A stretch of DNA of 58,418 nucleotides, filler included, from Sphacelaria rigidula (taxonomy: Eukaryota), in the NCBI GenBank assembly GCA_964200075.2. It is 8 parts of 8 records of this genome, joined end to end, with 100 filler letters (N's around TTAATTAATTAA, not from the genome) between each part and the next. Parts side by side here need not be neighbours in the genome. Positions count along the whole stretch, not along the records: positions 43,891 to 51,104 come from CAXNAA020015933.1; positions 51,205 to 58,418 come from CAXNAA020015934.1; 6 more parts are not named here. One strand, 5' to 3'. The notes under the pieces are model-generated. The model saw nothing but the letters and a program-made list of their open reading frames with translations, was not told the DNA's origin and searched no databases. The translations under genes were made by a program, and so were the position numbers. This document shows, one piece after another, positions 49,391 to 58,418 of the stretch; positions within the stretch are counted from its first letter, which is position 1, and each line of letters starts with the position of its first letter.

Positions 49391-49669
49391 GTCGCACTTT
49401 GAACCCCTCCCCTTCCTCGGGATGAGTCCGTAATCTTGAGGGATTAACCCATCTCTACCCCGGTACACGCCCTGCATCTTGGTCTGACGAATTGGGTCAG
49501 CACTCCCGCACCGCGTCAACTCACGTCCAATAAAGTCAGTCGACAAGTTTGTCTCCTCACGTTCTCACGCTTCGTACTGTGGAAATCAGACATTCCGAAG
49601 AAAACAATCAACCCATCGGGAATCGAATCCTCGTTCTCTCCACCCTAATGGCGACAGTCGGACTATTAC
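49391..49669 (-). mobile_element. tRNA-derived SINE (family A), copy 4
   Basis: Colinear with 27084-27375. Confidence 0.8.
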
Positions 49670-51036
49670 GTATACGAGATACCTGTTGCGACATGTGTGG
49701 TGACAGTGGTGTGCCAACACGTCCATGTTATGTCAACAAGATGTGAGAAAAAAATCCCACATGCCCAAACCATGTGTGCACCATACGTACGCCGAACACT
49801 CGAAGGGTTGGGTTAGGCCATGGTTTAATCGTCAATCACTCGGCAACTCGTGATCCCCCCGTCGTGGGGATATGAACCACGAACGCTGGGACTGTAACAT
49901 ATTTTGAGTTTTTTTGGGGTTGTGCGTCGGGGGGCTGGTTCTGTGCAGTTGCCCCCCCCCCCCCCCCCCCCTTCACTTAAGGGGTAAGGTACGAGAGCAG
50001 TGAAATGAACCAGGGTCATGATCCAAATCAGGGTCTCGTAGAGGACGAGGTTGGTGAAGTTTCCCCATCCCCCATCCCCCCGCGCGCATCTGGTAGTGTA
50101 TTTTTGTCTGAGGGCTGGCGCTGTACACACGGGGGACGTGACGTAAAATGAAGCTCTTGTGGTGCACGTTTATTTTTCGTGTCTTTTTAATTTTGTAGTA
50201 TTACGACTCTTTGGGGGTCGGTGGGTGAATGTCTGCATTCTCGGACGGAAGAGGTGTTGTCGCTCGGGCGTGCATAGAAAGCACAGTAGCGCACCCTTCG
50301 CTCTTTCGGCAAAAATGGATGGATCGCGAAACGTCGCCCCAATAGTTGACGACGCGCGATTCGTCTTCCGGCAAAGGTGAAGAAGTCTCCACAAGTTGAA
50401 GGAGACGGGCGATGTGCACAATTAATGCACCCTCCGTGGTAGTGCTGCTGTTATCTTCCGCATTTCTATGTACGGACCGAATGTCGATGCCACAACGTGC
50501 GCAATCGATTGAGAGCCCCTAAGCGGCATGGCATTATACTGTTGCATTGTCGACGAGAGGCTGGATTAACTCCTGCGGGTTCGTGTTTCTTGTGCATATT
50601 CGTCTGATCTCGTGACCCAGACCAACATGTAGCCCACGTTCTCCTATCGACCTCGATAATTCGGTAGCCATAGAGACCGCCTAGCTGGCGCACCAACAGC
50701 GCCTGGCACAAACTTCTTGCCGACCCTCTGCTGAAGAACGTGTGAACATCGCCAGTTGGAGTCCAGCCTTCCGGTATACGGAGGTCCCTAGCCGTCATCA
50801 GCAGAAGCCGGAAACGCCTTTTTTGCAACGACCACCCTACATCCCACCGTGAGAGTGTTTCTAGTGAGAGCTACGCTGTTCACAATAGTACATCGTCAGA
50901 ATATGTGTCGTATACCACGCACCCTTTCTCACATACGGCCGCGCTCCGGTGGTGGTCCCAAGTGCTGAAAAGGTTCGATTTGCGGCAGACACAGAAACTC
51001 TACTGTGGAAACAACATCTCTCCCGCCCCCCAACCA

Positions 51037-51099
51037 ATGCTCCGTCTCGAAAGGGATGCGTGGTCAATGGTCAAACGACTAAGGCAAGCAACAAATGAG
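51037..51099 (+). mobile_element. LINE family C 3' fragment
   Basis: Same terminal sequence as other copies. Confidence 0.85.
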
Positions 51100-51104
51100 A
51101 AAGC

Positions 51105-51204
51105 NNNNNNNNNNNNNNNNNNNNNNNNNNNNNNNNNNNNNNNNNNNNTTAATTAATTAANNNNNNNNNNNNNNNNNNNNNNNNNNNNNNNNNNNNNNNN
51201 NNNN
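51105..51204. other. Artificial contig linker
   Basis: Same structure. Confidence 0.98.
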
Positions 51205-51266
51205 GCTCACATTTTGCCACTAGATGACTTCTGCTCTCTATTGCTTTGCCACAGAGGCAATTCTGT
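51205..51266 (-). mobile_element. LINE family C Zn-knuckle fragment (NCLCGKAIESRSHLVAKCE)
   Basis: Matches ~21545-21605. Confidence 0.8.
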
Positions 51267-52479
51267 ACCCGAGTGGGGGGGGGGGTGGAAACCACAAATT
51301 TTACTGCAATGACCCGGCCAACCGTTCCAGACATACATGATGCACAATCCATTTCAAAGTGAAAATGTCACTGAAGCTGAAGTAGATCACACGCTGATCG
51401 CTGATGCTTTTCGGAGCTATAACCGTACTGCAGTCGCGGGCCACAGAAGGCCAGCGAAAACATGCGTGATGGACTGCACATCGAGAAAAATTTTGTGCTG
51501 TATAGTATGCGGTGTATAATTTGACCTGTACCTAGCCACCGCAAGAGTATCTTTGTTTCAACACAGGGCATGAATAGAATGCCATCAAACCCTTGGCAAA
51601 AACACAATATTTCATGGTCTGTGGACCACTTGCATACGTGTTTCGTTCGAATAGATGGGTTGATCCCTTGAGAGTGCGGACATGCTGGCGGGAAAGGGGT
51701 GGGCTGCAAGTGTGTACGAAAAAACAGACTTGATATCGTCAGAGATTTCTCCGGCTGATGTCAGCACAGCGCCATCAAGCACCTAGTTGCCTACGCACAG
51801 TGTCTTGCAATACCATGGTTCTGGGCCTTTTTTTCGGCCGGTCATCGAACCTATTCAACCAGGGTGGTCAGATGACGTTTTCATTGAAATCGCGAAACCC
51901 CCCGCAATGCCATGCCGATGATCTTGAGGCAACAGCAATGGGGCTGGTCCACGCTGAGGGTGGTTAAAACGAAAGCACCGACAGACGCCGCATTTTTTCC
52001 TCGTCCCACGCCACCTTCTTTTGCCCTGACACGCCCTTTGTGCCTCGCTCGTGACAAACTGTCACGCATTTTCTTTGTGCACACAAATGGCCGTACTCGA
52101 TGCGTGCTGCAGTTGTCTCGAAACACATGAGGGTCACGTGTGCAGTGTCCAGCGCAAGAACTCACCATAATCGTCATCACCTACGAAAATGCGCGGGCGT
52201 TCAAGGCGTTGCAAAGAAGACTTGATGGCTGACGAAACACTGAGCCTCTGACAGCTTCGCCAGTTTCTGGAACACGACACAGTATAAGCGGAAGTAGTCA
52301 TGGTACCACTGGTGTGTCCGTCCCCCGTCCCCGTCCCCGCCCCTTATTTTGAAGAGCTAAGAAAACTGCTGTTTGCCTTGCTTCAGCAGTCCTGGTATTT
52401 TTCGAGGCAGCATTGGCGCACCTTGTCCATGTTCTGATGTTACATTTTGTCACGACTTAGTCTACTCTGTCGTTCTGTT

Positions 52480-52603
52480 TGACCCTTTTTTATTTTTTCT
52501 CAGAGCGTGTTTCAGTTTCGTTTTTCTTGGCTACGTCTATCATGAGACCACGGCTGGACCCCTGGGGGGTCGGTTTAAGTGTGACAATCAATCAATCGAT
52601 CAA
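52480..52603 (+). mobile_element. Family B retroposon 3' end
   Basis: gagaccacggctggacccctgggggg...aagtgtgac(aatc)n. Confidence 0.75.
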
Positions 52604-53429
52604 CTACATGCCACATCATGTCAGCCGCACGCTGTGGGATGGCGACGCACGTACACCCAACACTGATGAAGCTGGGATTTTTTTTTTTCACTCCATGAGG
52701 AGAATGTTCCGACCTCAGTTTGGGAATGTGTCATGTGAAATCTGCTGCAGGGGTCCATCGGCCGACCTTATTCACGTCCCTTTGGACCGTGGGGAGTGCA
52801 TGAGCGCGTTCGTGTGAGTGTGTTCTGTGTGTGTGAGTGTGACGGGCGTTGTTTGTCTTGCCCCAGTCTGATTTTGGCCGACCAGGAAAATACGAATCAC
52901 TTTCAGTAGTGTTCACCATTTGGTCGATGGAAACCTTTCCGGAGTTTCATTACTTGATTTGAGTGTGAACATTTATACTCGGATCTTTCTTGTGCTGACG
53001 GCCCCAATTTCCCCTAGCCTGCGCAGGACGTGTAATGTCAAAATGGCTATCCAACCTATCAATCGATTGTACAGTCCCACGCGGCAACCCTAGCGCCATC
53101 CCACCTTCGTGGGCACTCGACACGAGTCACCCAGACGACGCACAACCGCCACTGTCTGCAGCCCCTCTGGTAGCAGACGTGGTAGAAGACGACTCCGGCT
53201 GGGAGGCGATCGCAGAGGCGGGCACGGCGGCTTTTTGTTTACCGTTGCCGCCCGTCCCTGCCCCGGAGGTCGTCCTGACGGCCTGTCGGTCAGAGCCATG
53301 AAGTAGCTGAAAATGAAAACCTTCAGAAACACTACAAACGCACGAGCTACAGCAGCGGTTCGAGATGCTGTTACTCGCTGATAGTCGCGACGCCCGTCTC
53401 CTTTAACTCACACCTCGAGCTTACTCCAC

Positions 53430-55950
53430 ACCCCACTACTGTCGCCTTGTCATGCTTGCACTTGCCCTTCTACCTCGGTTGCTTCCAACATACTGTGACG
53501 CCCAACTGACTCACTCGGGATAAGGACAGGAGGGGCGGGAGCGCATAATTTAACAAAATTTGAAAGCAGCTGCAAAAACACAAGAAATATTTCCATTGGA
53601 TACGATTGAAGCCACCTGGTGGACCTGGACTCTCTGGACACGTCCCGACTTTACCGCCGCCTTTTTTGGTTTGACATTATTCGTCGTCAACAGCAGCTTG
53701 AACGTTTGTTGTCCTTGTGCGAGGTTGTCCTTATCTGACACGCATCCCGCACCCTCCACTGCCCTTGTCGTTCCCTTCGCGGGCAGTTTCTTAGCTTCTT
53801 GCTCAAGGTTAGAAGCGTCTGCACTCGGCTCGCGTTTTTTCTCGAGGTTCGCTCATTCGTTGTTGCCCAGCGTCTCAGATGGTCCGGTGATTCAATCCTG
53901 TTCACGGCCATGTCCGCTTGAGAAGGCGCGATCCTCTTGTCCAACCTGCAGCTCCTTTCTTGTCTACGGTGCCTCCGTCTCTGGGCCTTCGGAGCGCTCA
54001 ACCGCGCTTGGAATCGCGTAGGTCACAGGCGCCGCCGATGACACCCGTGGTCCCAGCGGTTCACCGGCTTCTCGGCTCTGAGGCTCGTCGTCCTTCCGTT
54101 GGATTTCCTTTTCCATTGCCGCTTTCCATCTGTCAACATTGGGTCCCGCCAGGGCTTCTCCCGCTGTCGACAATTCCTGTGGTCCAGCGGCGATTCCGTC
54201 CCCGAGCATGCACAACGCGCCTTTGTCCTGATCTTGTAGAAGGACGGCGAAGGAATGTCAAAACTTCTGAAGCGTTGTGTCTTGTTCCCCCGATACCGTC
54301 GCGTTAGTCGACTGGACCTGCGCAGTTCACTATCCGGAGAAAAGCGCTTCAATGATGTCGGATCCTGTGGTGTCTGTCCACCCGGGTTACCATCACCGTC
54401 GATTGGTGCTGCTTTCTATTCTTCTGAGGATTCGTCCTCACCGTCACTCAGTTCGACAGCCTTCAACACCCCACGATGTCTAGGACTTCAGCGTCTGATT
54501 CGAACGTGATCTGTCAACGCTTCACGAGCTTGGATTCCTGTGTTGGCCATACATACCAGCAGAGCTAGTGCCGATCGTGCCCCCCCCCCCAAGATGCCCC
54601 GCCTCGCATGTGGGTGGAACTTTGCGGCGATGCCGTGCTGCTGCTGTGCTGGTGCACGAAGCACTCGGACCCCTGAGTACGAAGCCGGTCGAAGCTTGAA
54701 GGCTTCCCTGTCAGCCCCTCCTTTTGGGTCTCACCCCCGAGGTACTCGTGTGGCATCCCTGTGGTCTTGAATGCCTCGTCTGCCACAGCAAAAAAACAGT
54801 AGTCCTCTCCGCGTACCGCGTTCACCAGCTGGCTGCGTCCTATCCTCATCAGTTGTTGAATTGCGCGTTAAGCACTTCCATTACTTTGAGGTGTCCTTGG
54901 CGGTGAGCAGCGCCACCTAATGCCGCGATTGGTCAGCATGCGTTGAAATTTGACTGACCGTTCGAGTTCCCCAGCGCCGTCTCCGCTGACGCATTTGATG
55001 GCCACGCCCTCACGGGCAATGTGGACGATGTCGGCTCCCGTGTCGTCAGTGGTGGTACTTCGTGTCCAGTCCAACAACGTGCTTGTCTTGACTGGCCTCG
55101 TCCACAAAAACCTGAAAGTATTTCATACCCGCGACATGGGCGTGGAAAGGCCCTTCAAGGTTAGGGTGCACGACTTCACCTGGTGCTCGGGTACTCCTGC
55201 CGCCGCGGCCAAAGCTGAGCGCCTCGTTGCATTCCTTGCAGACGCTGCAACGCATCTCGGACGCCACCGTGATTTCGGATACGTCGACCAGCCCACGCTT
55301 TTCGAGGCGTTTCATGGCCGCCGGATCGACGTATCCGGAGGTGTTGTGCTACTGCTTCAATGTGAGGCGTTGCTTCTTATTTCCGAACGAAGCGTGAGCC
55401 GACGCCGCACGTTTGCCATCCACCTACACGGATGCCGACAGGATCAGGAACCCTTCATTCCCGATCCTTTCTGAATCGAAGGTAGTTCATCTTCCGACCG
55501 GAGTCCACGAATCCTGCTCCGTCACGCCGAATTGTTCCGGTACTCAGCCCACAAGGTAGTCCAGGAACCTAAAGTACGCCCTTCAGTCTGACCCTTGCTG
55601 GGTCCTCCTTGCCCCGAACGCTCACGTGTAACGGGGTCTCTTCCATTGCCAGCGTCTGCAGCTGCCCCTTGTTGCCAAACACAAATGTCACCCGATTGTG
55701 TACAGCTCTATCTGAATCTCTTCTCTTGAAAACCCAACCTGAAACCGAAACTGTGGAACTTATAATATGAAGCGACCGAGCCACTCTGTCTCGGCTTGAG
55801 ACTGGCAACAGTACTGGAACCGGCCTTAACTCCCTCACCCCCCACCCCCCACCCCGTCCGCAACTTGGCGCATCGCAACTCGTAACTCACGTGTTGTCTT
55901 GTCCGGAAGGCCCAGCCCGAAGCGAGGAATATCCAAGAATATTCATCCAA
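53430..55950 (-). mobile_element. Decayed Ty1/copia-like LTR retrotransposon internal region (protease-like, pre-integrase Zn finger, integrase core, start of RT)
   Basis: CSVC..RSTRAPGEVVH...GP...KYFQVFVDEAS; IKCVSGDGAGE...GIRW..SPPRTPQSNG; RWKAAMEKEI; frameshifted. Confidence 0.85.
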
Positions 55951-57106
55951 AGATGACGGGGCCTACAATGCTTATGCGATCAGCTGTAGTGGTGTCTGCC
56001 CGGGCCGCCACGCCAGGTCGCGCAACCGCACAAAGCGCCTGGGCCGCGCTCGCCTCTCGCCGAGGCATGACGACCTTCAGTGAAAAGTGAGTGTTTTCCT
56101 GCCTTGTTGTGCTTAGTTTCTGTCCTGTAAGTTTTGCTGGAAGAATACGAAGGTGTCGTTCCATTCCTTATTGCGTGCGAACAAGAGTTGTTTATGAGCG
56201 TGCGTATATGTTTCAAGTGTTCGCGCATTCGCCTTTTTTGCTTCACACGCCACGGGTGATGTGATTACTTTTTTTTACTCCCTGGACGGTAGATCACATG
56301 TCCGAAAAATGTACCGCGTACAGTATCGACCATTGCGTCTATCACGGGAAAAAATATTCCCCACGGTATGTAGTACAGTTTCGTGAAACGTAATGTTTCG
56401 TTCAGGGGGTGTTGGATTTTTAATCTTTCGGTCGTGGAGATGAGGTTCCTTGGTGCATGGGGTTCCGTCCCGTATCCGTGATCCCCCTTTTACGTAGTAT
56501 GCAGGCTACATCAAGGGTTCTCAACATGGTGCGGTGGCCGGGCAGCTTCCCATCTGACGTAGTCCACAATGAGAGGACTGACTCTTGACTCTTGGCGACA
56601 CTCAATCACTGCAAATCTGTTGTCTGCTCCGTCCAGCGTCCACTAAGTTAAAGTCATTGAGTAGGTGATAAGCTACTTTTTGAAAGGCCCGGGTGTGTGT
56701 GTGTGTGTGTTTTTTTTCAAGATCGTCTTTCTGTAGTGTGGGGGCGGCGGCATCTTCTCGTCGTGGTAGCTTCGTTTTTCCAAAAGCGCAGAGGGTTGGA
56801 GACTTGCTGTGAGACGAACAATCGGAGCCAACTTACTAGGGTGTGGCGGATCCCATTGGAAAGCTGATTAAAGCTATGAGACAGTGCTGTGCGACGTGGC
56901 TTGGCGCAAAGAATCACCTCTGACCACAGGCAATGAAATCGAGGAGCACGCCCCGAAGCATGTTGTCCGCTTCCCCCCCCCCTCCCCCCCCCCCTCTCCC
57001 CCCTCAAATATTTTGAAACCTATGAGTAAAACGAGAGCAACTGGGGGCAGCCTGTGTAGTCCTCTATGCGATATGAAGACGACCCTCCCCCCACACCCTT
57101 GGTCTT

Positions 57107-58415
57107 GTGGGGATTTCGTAAACACCAGAAGGATTACAGACAGATGGACGAGGCTCTAGAATACACGAGGAAGTGGAGAGTGACAGCGAATTTCAACAAG
57201 TGCGCGATACTCGTCTGTAACGAAGATATGAAGTGGGCAGAAAAGGAACTGCTGATCGTAGACTAGAATACATACCTTGGCGTAGAGATCTAAGAAACTG
57301 TTCGTGGGATGCACACAAGAATCAAGCAGTAGAAAAGGGTAAGGCACGGATGGCCAAGTTGGACGTGATCCTCAGAGACGCGCAGCTAGACACCAGGAGT
57401 ACGAGATGTATCCTGGTCAGTGTGATGGTATCAAAGCTGGGATATGTAGAAGAAACATGGGAGGGGAACGTGCAGTTGGAGAAGAAATTGGAATCAATAC
57501 AGATGGCAGCAGCTAAGAAGATAATTGGATGCTCGGAAGCGACGGGTAATACAGGTTGAGAGCAGAGTTGGAATGTACTCACTTAAAACGAACAGAAACA
57601 TGGGGAAACTGCAATGGCAATGTAGCTTGAAGCACATGCGGAGGAAGATATTGTCAGCTCTAGTTGATAGAGCTGTATGGAAGGAGTACGAAACGGAAGG
57701 CTGGAATTAGGTGGGATAAAGAGGTCGAGCGAGTATCGAAAGAGATGAGAGGAAACGAAGACAACATGCTGTCTATAGGTGGAGGCGCGGGGGTACAAGA
57801 CACAAAGTCAGAGATATGATGGAAAGAAGAAACGGGGAGTGCTCAAACGCTAAGTAGTCGATGAAGAACACCTGGGGATATGCGGGTGGTTACGAGAGGG
57901 GATAGGGATGAAAGCATATCTGCATGGCCCAACGAACGCGGCGAGAAATCTGAGGCTGCGATTTCGGGTGAGGGACCTGGACCAGTGACAGAAAAGAAGG
58001 AGATGTGCCACAAAGAGATTCACCGGTAGGCGTGTGGAAGAGGAAGTAGATGGACAGAACTGCCTCTGTATAAAAGGAAAAGAGGGAAGTCGTACAATGG
58101 CAAAATGTGAACTTTACGAGGAGGAACGGAACGTGCCGAAGGGGGACATTTGGGACGTGAACGAAGATAGCATGAGATCGTGTTATGCATCAGACAGTAG
58201 GAAGGAAACGATGGCTATACAAGGAGATGGATGGTGGCCACACACGGGCGAACAGGACTGGGGTAAGACATGTAGGCGGTTTTTGTGTAATGTATGAAGA
58301 AGAACCCATGAGCGGCGGGATGTTGGAGGTGTCTCTATTGGGAGTAGGAACGATGTTCCGTCTCGAAAGGGGTGCGTGGTCAATGGCCAAACGACTGAGG
58401 CAAGCAACAAATGAT
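57107..58415 (+). mobile_element. 5'-truncated, decayed LINE family C (RT C-terminal half, thumb, Zn-knuckle, 3' end)
   Basis: KWRVTANFNKCA...TYLGVEI...LESIQMAAAKKIIG...NCLC...GDGWWP, with stops and frameshifts; ends in the family terminus. Confidence 0.9.
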
Positions 58416-58418
58416 TAT

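Noticed and set aside
50466-50828. Fanzor/TnpB-like fragment (GYRIIEVD...TC)
   Set aside because: Only a loose resemblance; no RuvC-I, CxxC pairs or DRDxNA motif

Overview
Eukaryotic, intron- and transposon-rich DNA. The small GT-AG exons in long repeat-filled introns are most consistent with a brown alga or other stramenopile, but that assignment is inference. The window is not one locus. Seven 100-bp linkers (N44-TTAATTAATTAA-N44) join eight contigs of 7215 bp (x6) and 7214 bp (x2), so it is a size-sorted concatenation and nothing should be linked across the linkers. Manual splicing recovers partial genes that the ORF track misses or mis-frames: a 4-exon coiled-coil protein, a secreted Ig/Kre9-like repeat protein, an RFWD3-like WD40 last exon, a BRO1-domain last exon, a DECR2-like SDR first coding exon, TOM1/GPR137-like membrane exons, a predicted N-acylated low-complexity protein, and a Myb/SANT-like ORF beside a PIF/Harbinger terminus. 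Most of the rest is mobile DNA: LINE fragments that nearly always abut poly-C tracts, tRNA-derived SINEs, piggyBac-type (TTAA) and Harbinger-type (TTA) MITEs, other MITEs, and decayed Ty1/copia elements. I found no CRISPR array, rRNA gene or intact tRNA gene. All protein-family calls are by-eye motif recognition; no database search was run.
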